DNA from: Camelus ferus
Lineage: Eukaryota
Length of the DNA stretch: 62,000 bases
Direction of reading: 5' to 3'
NCBI RefSeq assembly: GCF_009834535.1
Contig: NC_045696.1
Location: 1,550,001 to 1,612,000 of the forward strand
Shown here: one piece after another, positions 34,721 through 45,550 of the stretch
Layout of the letters: each line of letters starts with the position of its first letter
Position numbering within the stretch: the stretch's first letter is position 1
Program-made: the position numbers and the translations under genes
Notes under the pieces: generated by a model
Database searches by the model: none
Told to the model about the DNA's origin: nothing
Seen by the model: only the letters and a program-made list of their open reading frames with translations

Positions 34721-37700
34721 ACATTTTTAAAAAATAACCCAGTTTTGTGGGTGCGAGTATGTGAATTCATGCCCACAGAGGCGAGCCTGGGAGAAGAGTG
34801 GGGCTCGCCGTGGCTGCGGGGTGACTCGGGAGGGGCGGCCCGCAAGGGGTTCGCCTGCTTTCCTGTGTATACTCGTGTGTTTGAGTCTTCTCTGACCCTC
34901 CTACTCATTCTGGGCAAGGTCAGAGTTTATGTCCATCCAAATGCACTATGAAATTCGTATGATTGATGGACTTACTTTGTGCACTTTAAATATAGTTAAA
35001 GTGTATTTGATTTGAAGTTTTCAGAAATTTCTGTTGCAGCCAAAATTCGGAGATGACTCTTAGCTCCTTTTGAGCAGATTAAATCCTGAAAATAATCACA
35101 TGGAAGAAAGCCTGTGTTTGTTGCTTCAGTGATTCCTGACAGAGGCGCCTGTCCTGCCCTCCCCCAGCTCCCAGCGTTGGTTCTTTACGTCCGGGTTGCT
35201 GGGGGCGCTTAGTGCGCAACAGAAGAGGAAACGGCAGCAAAACGGCTGCCCGGGTCCTTCCCCAAGACACGGCGCTGAGGCAGGGCTGCTGCCAGCTGGG
35301 TGTAGACGTGTAGCCCCGCTGGGACCAGCAGGTGCCAGGACACAGGCTGCGGGGGCACTGCCTGGGTGACAGCTCCCCACGCCCGGCCTGCTTTCCTGCA
35401 GCGGGGGCAGCCCCTTCCCGGCCGTGTCTGTGCAGCCCGCTGCCGCAGGGGCCGCCTCCGGCAGATGCAGCAGGTGCCCCTTCAGCCTCTGCTTGGGCTG
35501 AAGCCGGGCGCCCGGCCCAGGGCTGGGGCGGGCGTGCACCCCTCTGGCGGTGGGGAGGCGGGCGTGGGAAGGAGTCGCGGCTGCACTGCGGGCAGAGGGA
35601 GCAGGTGGAGCTGGCGCCTCTGCTCTGACGCCGTCCCCCGCACGGCTGCCCCGCTGGGTGCTCGCGTGGGTGCTGCAGTGCGAGGGGGGGGCACCTGGCC
35701 TGGACGGGAAGGGGGTCTGGGTAACCACGCTCCTTTCTTTTCTGTGCTTCAGGTGGTCGTGGCTTTGGAGAGTGGCTGCCCTTCAGTAACCCAGTTCCAG
35801 CTGAAGTGCCAGTGAGGGCGCTCACGTCCCCATTAGTTAAAGCATTGTCGCATGTGTGTTTGAGACGTTCTGTGCACACGCTGGGACAACTTGGAGAAGG
35901 GAATAGCACAGACCAGCTGCCTCCACACCTGGCGCAGCCAGAGTGACGCGCAGGCTGCGGCCCTGGACCGCGCCACCAGGCAGGCGGCCCCCCTCGCCCA
36001 GACGCGGCGCCCGGCCTGCCTGCCGCCTCCGTCATCTCGGAGCGCGGGTGGGAGTGAGGAGCGCAGCGCGGCTCCTCTCGCGTTTAACGTTGGAAGACTA
36101 AGCGAGCGTGTCTCCACTTTCTGTTGGCTCCGCGATGACTGACTGTTAGTGACGGCGTGGTGGCGGCGCTGCGCTGGGCACTGTCCCTCTGGAGGGCGAG
36201 TGCTGCTGGGTGGCGGTCGGGTGAGACCAGGGCTGTGACCTCCGCACCCCCTTCCCCCGAGGCCCGCACGTCAGCGTGAGCTGTGTGACGCGCTGTTTCT
36301 GCACAGAGTCCAGGTGGTGGTTGAGCTCCACTCAGGTGCTCACCTCAGAAGATGAGCACACTCACCTCCGAGCTCTGAAGTCACTCAGGCCGTTGCTTTA
36401 ATCCGTTAAGATAGAAAGTGACCTGCGGCCTCGGAGGAGCTGGGTTTGCTTCTCTCTTCTGATACTCTTCCCTTTTCTTTATGAAGATTTCGGGCTGAGG
36501 CCTTCTTTGGTGGAGGAGAAGGAGGCTGGCCTGGAGCGCGGCAGTGCGACTTGTCCAAAAACAACACCAATTACCACTCTCGTCTTGGTTCAGGAATCTT
36601 CTCGACAGCGTTTTCCATGGCATCAGCAGGTGTGCCGCCCACCGGGGCCCACCTGGCTGCGAGTCCAGGGCAGCTGGCCCTCTGAACCCCAGTGTCAAAC
36701 CAGCGGCGAACCAGAGCATGTGGAAACAGCTTTGACAGTTAAGATGCGGGAGCATTTTAGGAAATGTTTGATCATGCTTCCAAAGCTACTGGAGACCCAG
36801 TGGGCTTCTTCCTTTTTAATTTTAAAGAAAGCTCTATTATGAGAAACAAAGAACTGTGATCAAAGTATTGAGCAAATACCTCTTGGCTCAGTCCAGAAAC
36901 GCAACCCAGACATTCCTTTCTGTTCTGAAGCAGCTGTGCCAGGAGCCCTGGGGCCCTGGCGAGCCCTCCAGTGTGTTAACAGCCTCGCTTTACAGACCGC
37001 CTCCGTTTGCCCAGGCTCCTGGGCGTGCCGTTCGAGCTCTTGCCAAACTGACAGGGACCCGGACCGTCACTTAACCCTGACACCTTCCTCGGAAGGATGC
37101 GGGGAGAGCTAACGGGGCGGCTTTTGTCATCTGCCCGGAAGAGCAGGTGAGGGGGGACCACAGACTTCCCCCCAGGTCTGTGCAGACCCTGCCTCAGAGG
37201 GAGAGGCTTTGGGGCGTCCACCGTGGGGGGCGGGCAGTTTGCTGCGAGTTGGCCCCGCACTCCCCTCTGCCCAGGGCTTCCCCCTTCCGGTCTCGGGCCA
37301 CATCCCTCCAAGATGAGGTGCTTTCACCCTGGCCTCCCCAGAAACAGCAGGGACAGATTTCAGAGTCAAGGCTTATGTCTTACAAACACTTCTCGCCTTG
37401 TTCTTATCTGACCCCACCCCCACCCCCGTGCTGTCCTGGCCCACCTCTGGCTGCTGTCACCACCCCCGGGTTGTCACCATGGGAAAGCAGAGCTGTTTGT
37501 ACTGCCTCCTCTCTGCGGTTTGTGTCTTTGAGCGGCTCCTGTCATGGAGGTCTCGGCCCGTGCGGGTCGCCCTGTCCTGGGGTCATGATGCGTGCGGGGC
37601 CTGGCGGAGCAGGGGAGCCGGCGGAGGGGCCGCGCGCTCCACTCCCACGGGCAGCGTGGGGGTCTGCTCCTGTCTGCTGGAGTGCTGCGTCTTCCCCGAG

Positions 37701-38673
37701 TACTTGCCCCGTGTCAGTGCCTGTAACTCGTGCAGCCGTTCTCCTTTCTTATAAAACTTCGCCTTGGAAAGATGGTCTAAGATTTTTAAGAACTACTCTA
37801 AGGTAGATTTATGAATTCAATTTAGAAGTGGAATTTGTAAGGGGTGGAGGAGTTCCTCTCTGTTAACATGCGGGCAGGCGGGGCGGGCTGGCCTTCCTGC
37901 TGTGTGTACTGGTCAAGGCAGTGTTAACTTACAGGATAGAATTTTACAGTTTAACAGGACTTTGGAAGCGGTTTGGCCCGTTTCTGCCATTTTCCATGTG
38001 AGGTGTATGTCCACCCAGGCAGACAGGCACGTGCGTGCCTGGGGACAGTGAGGGCTCAGGTGGCTGTGTCGGCACAGGACATGGCCCGCGCCCAGGCCAC
38101 AGGTCCCAGCTTGCAGCCCAGTGCATGTGCACATGCCTGGCCCTTTGCAGCTAGTGTCACCAGTGAGCTCACGTGTGCTCTTTATCTGTTTCTGGAAGGT
38201 TACAAAATCACTTCGCACGTGCATTTAAAAATTAAAAATAGCCTTTGACATAACGACTCTTAACCCCTCATTCATTTAATACAGCGGAATCTTGCTCTAA
38301 CTTGTACTGTGACTTATATCTTTATCCTAAAATGTAATTGTACCAGATAGAAAAATGGAATCCCCAAGGTCTTACAGAGCCGGCGTGAGTTCTATCCTCT
38401 GGTGCCGTTGCTCCGACGTGCTGCTGTCCCACTCTCACCTTTGTTGCCCTAAAAACTGTGCCCGCAGTCAGTCTTTGTGATTTAAACCAGATTGGGAGGG
38501 ACAGTGAGACGTTGCTTCCCATTCGGAAGAAAGTACTAATTTGTCGTTATTATTTGGATAATCTTTTCATGTGCATTTGTGAAGCAGTAGAAATTTCCTT
38601 AACTCCCTAAAATGTGGTAGATACTGAAAAAAAGCCTTCCTTGCACTCCTGCCTGTGTCCTTGTGTCTTCTAG

Positions 38674-38792
38674 GGGCCCGGAGGACACCTGCTTTGAGTT
38701 CGGGGTCTTTCCTGCCATCCTCAGTTTCCCGCTTGATTACCCGTTAAGTCCTCCAAAGATGCGATTTACCTGTGAGATGTTCCACCCCAACA
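38674..38792 (+). CDS. UBE2G2: UBE2G2 coding exon 4 ([39 protein letters not shown])
   Basis: Acceptor gtcttctag, donor A|gtaagt, 119 nt. UBC-fold YP-PP and HPN motifs. Confidence 0.98.
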
Positions 38793-41161
38793 GTAAGTGC
38801 CCGGGAGCGGCGCCGGGGGCCCTTGGGGAGGCTGGCGGCGGGGTGGGCGCGTGGACGGCGGCGCAGTGACAGGGGCCGCTGGGCGTGCTCCTCAAACTTT
38901 AGCAGGTTAATGATGGTGGTGCTGACATCATCATTTCAGTCTCGAAGGACAGCTCAACGTAGATGAGAGAAGCGTGACCCTAAAGCTGGACACCACTTGG
39001 CCTGGCTGGGGAGCTCTCAGAAGGGAGCCGGTGGGTCAGAGTCCAGCGTGGTCGCCCCCGCCTCTGTCACAGTGTTGTTTTTAAAAGGGGAGAAATTTTA
39101 AAGCAACCTAGGTTTTCAGTAGTAGAGAGTTAAGCAACTTGTACTAATCCACGTGTTAGGACACTACACGGATGTTGTAAGTGACCTAGAATAACGTTTA
39201 ATGGTAAGGGATGGTATCCGTGCTGGAGTGAATGAGAAAAGCAAGTTAAAAGGCTACTGATCGGTAGGCTTTTTTCTTTTTGAAGAAAGTTCATGTGTGA
39301 ATGTATGTAATTGGAAATGTAGCGAAAAATGTAAACAATGGTTCTGTTCCAATGGTGGGATGATTTTCTTTCTACTTACAAGTCTTCTTCTCTGAGATAA
39401 ACATGTATGACTTTTAGAAACAGGAATATATGAGGGCCTGTAAATAAATTTACTACGTTTGTATCGGAATTCCTGAGCGGCAGCGGTTTTTGTTTCTTCC
39501 TTTTGTAGATGGGGTTGTAGGTAAGAGAATTAACAAGGAAGTATGCTGTATAAAAAAGGAAGAAGTTCCCTTTTACAAAGGATTATTGGCACTAATAATC
39601 ACGATCTTAATGACTGTGGAGAAGAAAAGCAAGTAAGATACACTATTTTATAGAAATGAAATACTTACTTATTTGAAACCGATGCCTTTTCCTGTACTTT
39701 TCTACATGGCAAGTCGCTAAAGGCCAGTTTAACCCATGGGTGAATTTATAGAATTTTCTGCACCCTTGACTTCTCAGTTCACGGATGAACCGTCTTGGCG
39801 CACCCTCCCCTGGTCTGCCCCTGGCTCGGCACCTCCCTGCTTGAAGCCCAGCCGGGCTCCTCCCTCCCCGTGAAGTGTTCAGGGTCGCCTGCCTGGGGAA
39901 CACGCTCTCCTGCGGGACTTGTGGCCCGAACGCTTTGGAGCATCTCGTTTACTGCTGCTGTTGTCAGTGTAGGTCATTAGCGTCCTCCTCAGAGACCGTT
40001 TTGTACTGTTTTCTTTCTTGTCTCAGCGTTAACTCGGTGTGCACGGCAGGTGCTGAGAAACGTTCATGCTTTCAAGAAGTTTGGCGCCGAGCGGCAGGTG
40101 TTGAGGTGGAGTGATGCGTGCTTACGGGTAGTCATTGAGTTCTGCTGTCTGGTTTGGTGTGTGTTTGCGTTTTCCATAATACCGAGTGTAAAAGCATAGT
40201 CAGTAGAGCTGACTGAGGAGGTCAGCAAGTTCAAGGGATTAACCATAAAATGCAGCTGTGAAGAGGATTGTGAGCAACTTAAAGGTAGAAATAATAAGAT
40301 TGTATCAAAGATAAACACATCCTTCAGAGCAATCCTGTGACATGGTGTTGAAGACAAGCATGAGAGAGAAGAGCGAGGGGCCAGGCACGGAGCTGAGGAC
40401 CTTCAGGGCTCTTCACGTTCCTGGGTGCCCACAGGATCCTGAGCTCGTGGGTGCAGGTGAAGGAGATGTGTTTATTTAAAATTGGCTGTTATTTTTCATA
40501 TTGTAACTTAACGGCCTTGCGGTTTTATAGGTGAGTCTCCCGGGATAGCTGAGCACATGCTAACCTGAGAATCTCCCCAAGTGCGTGTGAGATGCTCGCG
40601 GTCTCCCAGCAGGAGGGACCCCGCGCTGGGCATTGGACTCAGACCTGTCAGTGGTGGTGATGGGAGGTGGACTGGATAGACTGAGGCACAGCTGACTTCC
40701 AGAGACCACAGACGGCCATCTTTCTGCTAGAATACATCACCGAGAAAAATCTTGGTGCCTGTCTTTTTCTCAATATTTAAATAATTCCAGTCACCTTTGT
40801 CCTTGCCATGGGAACATACATTTTATACAGTCCAGTTCAGAGATTTCCTAGTGGAATTAGGAATAGCTAAGAAACTAGTTCTGAAAAGTACTGTGAATAT
40901 TCCTAACTATATGAGATACTTTGATGAAATATCTGAGTGCCGGGTGACCTTCATTTATTCCCTTTGGAAATAATACTTTAACAACCCATGTGAAGTGGAA
41001 TCATCCTGGGTGACTGGAGCTGTTTCGACCAGCCCAGAGCCCTGAGAGCCAGCGAGCGAGCTGAGCCCCGGGAGTCGGCAAGGCTGCTGGGACCACGTGG
41101 GCCGGACGAGCACCTGTCCCCAGGCGGCCTGGGCTCACCTGGTGTGCTCTGCCACCCGCAG

Positions 41162-41302
41162 TCTACCCCGACGGCAGAGTCTGCATCTCCATCCTGCATG
41201 CCCCCGGCGACGACCCCATGGGCTACGAGAGCAGCGCCGAGCGGTGGAGCCCCGTGCAGAGCGTGGAGAAGATCCTGCTGTCGGTGGTGAGCATGCTGGC
41301 AG
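41162..41302 (+). CDS. UBE2G2: UBE2G2 coding exon 5 ((I)[46 protein letters not shown])
   Basis: Acceptor cccgcag, donor G|gtaacg, 141 nt. Catalytic Cys89 codon at 41182-41184, followed by the Ubc7/Cdc34-type acidic loop. Confidence 0.98.
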
Positions 41303-43745
41303 GTAACGCCGCCCGGGCCCTCGGGAGCCCTTGCCCAGTACCACACGTGTCCTCTGGGAGCGCTGCACGGAGGCTGTTTCCTGCTTTCCCCTTCGTGTTA
41401 CTCGTGTGCGCTTTTCCACGCGTAAGCTTCCTTTTCGTAATTACGGCTTTTAAAGATGCTCTTGTGTTGTGTGTACACACTGTGGGCCGTGGTCAGCCGC
41501 GCTCTGGTCGTCGGGCACCCGTTCATGCAGTAGTCCCTAACGGGGCCCGCTGTACTGCAGACATGGTGTCCTGGGTGTAAACTCAGTGTGACGCTGACCC
41601 CGGGCGTAAGGCCTCACGTTCTGAGGGAGGTTGCAGGTACTGTGACACATTCCGGGACCAGGGTGCACGCAGGGGCTCCCAGGGCAGTGCCCAAGGTGGG
41701 TTTAGAGCGTGCAGGAGTTAACAGGGAGGAGGGGCAAGGCGTCTGAAGCGGGGCGCTGGCCCTCGTGGCGGGGTGCTGTCGGGGCTTGGGTGTGGCTGGA
41801 GCCCGGCGGGGCGGGCGCCCTGAGGAAGTGGGCCCCCCAGAGCCTGCTGCCCGTGGGGGTGTTAGATCATCCGAGCAGCCCCCCGTGCTGGAAGCAGGCC
41901 GGCGTGGTCCCGGGCTGAGAGGAAGGGGTTGGGCTGGGGGGACCTGGAAGACGTGGGCTCACTGGTGTGCGGGTGGCTCCTGTGTTCCTGACCTGACGGC
42001 CTGGTGGCGGGCTGCCGTCTTTGGGGACAGGAATCCAGAGGGAACAGGATTTGGGGACAAGTAGAGTTTAGGGTGTGTGCTGTCCACCCCGGGGGCAGGA
42101 GCCGAATCTCCAGGAGCCATTCAGCCGAAGGCTGGTCGTGGAGGTGAGGGCGAGGGGTCATCTCTGGAGGAGACAGTAGGTGACAGGCAGGACAGGGGTA
42201 GTGTTGGAAGGGCCTGTGGAAGGAGAGGGCCCTCAAAGGACGCAGGGAGGAGTGGTCTAGAGGTCCCAGGAAAAGGTGCTTCCATGAAGAGGAGGAGCAT
42301 CGGAAGGAGAGCATTGCGGTCCTGCAGGGAGGCGGGGGGGGGGGTGCTGTGATGGCCACCAGCGTCCGCAGACACGGCGGAGCCCGAGCGCCTGGGACGC
42401 AGCTGGCACACTGCCCGCGCTTGGCTGGCACGGGAAGGCGGGGAGAGGGGCTGACGCGACCGTCCTCACATGTCGCCCATAAATACTGCTGTTACAAATG
42501 TCACAGGCATTTCTGCTGTAAATTCTTTTTTTCAGGTTTTAATGGATTCTGTGCACACTCCTCCCAGGACTCACGTCCCTTGCTCTGCGCTGTTTTCCAG
42601 CTCCACAGCCGGCTGCCCCTGGGCCGCGCCCTCGGTGCTGGCACTGACCCGGGAGGCTGTGGCCGTGGCCCTCCTGACGCTCTGGGCCTGGGGTTTCTGC
42701 TGGCAGACACGCTGGGTGGGGAGCAGCCGGTCCTGTCCATACTAGTGGGACTCTGTGGTTGGGCCCAGCCGGGCAGGGCCTCCTAAGGGCCCCACGCTCT
42801 GAGAGGCCTGCAGGACGCCTGCCACCCTGCCTGCTGCTGCCACTCCTCCCCCTTGTAGCTCTTGGTTTGAAAGGAGGCATTCGTGGGTGTTCACGATCTT
42901 GGCAACCCCCTGGACGGTGCCTCTCGGAGGGCCTTATGCTGTGTCCTGCGCCTGCCGAGCGTGAGGCTGCGCACGTAGACCTGGTGGGGGAGGTGTGCCG
43001 TGTGCGTGGAAGGAGGGCGGTGACCATGACTGTGGTTGGGTGGAGACCCTGCCCACAGCAGCGCAGGGGGGCGGGTCCGCAGTGTGCGGGCGAGGCTGTG
43101 CTCCCTGCCCTGTAGCCTCCTGGCCCTTGCTGACCCCTGAGCACCTCTCTCAGGCTCTGTCCCTTCTGGTCTCCTGCCCTCACTGCCCACTGGCCTCAGC
43201 TGCCCCTGTGTGATTCCCAGTACCAGTTATAGAGCGCCCGCTGGCCCCAGCTGGCCCGCCCACGGAGAGCCATCCTAGGGGCAGGTGTCTGCAGGCTAGA
43301 TGTCCCTGGTGGAGCCCCACCCTTGCACTGTCCTCGGACAGGTCCACTGGGAAGGGGCTCTGGGAGGGAGACATGGTCTCCAGAGCCCCCCAGGGCGGGA
43401 GACAGCGGTGGGTGGGTGGTCTGTGGCTAGCTCTCCCGGGTGGGTGGGAGTGTGTCAGTCATCCTGGTGCTTCCAGAGTGAGACCCAGGTGGCTTGTGTG
43501 GGTGCTTCAGACCCGAGGGTGCCGGAACCCTGAGAGGGGGCCTTGCCCATCTGTCTGCTGACCTCTCTCCCCTTCTCAGGAGGAGGCTCTCGTGCTCAGA
43601 GAGCTGATGCCCTTCCCCTGGATTCGCAGCTGTCGGTGTTTCTGGTTTGTCTCCAGGAAGATCAGTGATGTTCTCGGGGGTGGAAGGTCTCGCCAGGTCC
43701 TTCCTTTTTGAGCCCCTTTAAAGTGGACGGTCCCCTCTCTTTCAG

Positions 43746-43858
43746 AGCCCAACGATGAGAGCGGGGCCAACGTGGACGCCTCTAAAATGTGGCGGGATGA
43801 CCGGGAGCAGTTTTACAAGGTTGCCAAGCAGATCGTGCAGAAGTCGCTGGGGCTCTGA
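43746..43858 (+). CDS. UBE2G2: UBE2G2 coding exon 6 ((E)PNDESGANVDASKMWRDDREQFYKVAKQIVQKSLGL*)
   Basis: Acceptor ctctctttcag, TGA at 43856-43858. Exon lengths 43+36+46+119+141+113 = 498 nt = 165 aa + stop. Confidence 0.98.
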
Positions 43859-45550
43859 GCCGCGCACTGTGCCCGCACCTGCGTGCACACACACCGCCAG
43901 GCGGTTTCCAGTGTCCTCTGAAACGCTTGGTGACAGTGACACTCTGTGCTGGTACCAAAAAAGGCAAGCTTGCAGAACCACAGCATCTATTTTTTCCCAC
44001 CTTTCCTACCCCAAACAGGCTTCTCTTCTGAAATTACGACCTGAGGACGGTGACAGCTGGGTGTGGCGAGGCGTGCCAGGAGTGGTGCAGGGAGCCGTCA
44101 CCACCGCCTCTCCCAGCTGTTGCGCCCACACACCCAGCAGTTGGTGGCCTCCCTCCCTCCCACAGTGTGAGGGTGGATGCGCCGGCCCCCTGGGGACTGG
44201 AACCAGCAACGTCCTCCCCAAGACGGGGGCCCTGTAGCCCCGGCAGAAGGTGGCAGCCGGGACGTGTCTGGGGCCCTCCTGGTTCCCTGGCCCCCACGAG
44301 GGGCATGGAACCCTGTTTCAGTACTTCGTTTTACAAGCGGGTTTTTTTCTTACCATCTAGTCACCTCTTTTCATTTATTGTGTATTAAAAATACCACATT
44401 TAGAAATACTTTGAGGAAATAAACACTTTTTTAAAACGTGGATTAATGAAAAATGGGGTTCACGTAGAAAAGAAATTTCCCACTGGTCACAAAGACCGGC
44501 GTTTCCCTGCTGGTGTTGGTCAAAGGTGACACTTCTGCTTCTGTCACCGGCACGTCCCCAGAGGTGCACTCCCAGGGCCGGAGCGCGTGAGACTGAGATT
44601 TTAGTCCAGGTTTCTTCTGGGTCTGCCAGAGTTTTCTTCCAGCCAGAAAACTGGGAAGTTCCGAGCTCTCGTGCGTGGCAGCTGCAGCAGGAAATTCAAC
44701 AATTGGGACAAAACCGTTCTTCCCAACTTGGGGTGGGAAGGGAGTCCCCCGTCAGCTCGGAGCACAGAGGCGCGCCGTATCCCGACCTGGACCGCCGCCG
44801 CCGCTCGTGGACGTGCGTGGATGTGCGTGGACACGCGGCGCGCGGGCCGGCCCAGGGTGGGGATCTGGGTGCGGTCTGGGCGTCGTCTGGTGTGGGCAGC
44901 TCGGCTCCGCGCTGGGGTCCGTTATAAGCAATAACAGATGTGTCGCCTGCAGACTCTAACAGCTTAAATTTACATAGGAGTTTCTATTTTTGAAGTAAGG
45001 GACGGTCTACAAGACACACAGTACACTTTGCATTATCCTTTCCCTTTCATAACGCACCCATGGACGGGGGTCTGTTCTCCTGAACCTGCATACGCAGTCT
45101 CGGTGTTCAGTGGGACCAGCTGGAGGGAGCCCACGTCGAGCTTCAGTGGAAACTAGACTCCTCCTCCTCAGATGGCGGATCACCTGAGATTTGAAATTCA
45201 GTTCGAGGACTGGCGTCTGGGAGGGGTGGGAAGGGAGGGGGCTGTGCCTGAGTGGTGTCTGCAGGCCTGCTGGATGAGAAGGAGCCCCGCCACAGGGAGG
45301 GGAAGCGGTTGGCGGGGCAGGGGTGGGGAGCGGCCCTCGCTGCAGCGCGGACCTGAGCCATGTCGGCAGGTGGCCTCGGGGGCCCCCAGGAAATCTGAAG
45401 ACAGAAGAGAGGCAGACTCTTTGCAGAATAAAGTGTTTTTATTCATTTGTATTTTAAATGGAACAAAAGAGAAAGAACTCCGTGGCGTCATTATTCTGTG
45501 ATGGAGTTTAATTCCTATGTTAAAAATAAAGGTATGTATTTTCCCCCTAT
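43859..45550 (+). other. UBE2G2: UBE2G2 3' UTR with proximal and distal poly(A) regions
   Basis: ATTAAA 44384-44389, AATAAA 44418-44423, AATAAA 45427-45432 and AATAAA 45525-45530, the last followed by a GT/T-rich downstream element. Confidence 0.75.

Noticed and set aside
35079..36035. 318-aa minus-strand ORF in UBE2G2 intron 3
   Set aside because: Low-complexity, GC-driven composition with no domain, and it overlaps equally long ORFs in other frames.
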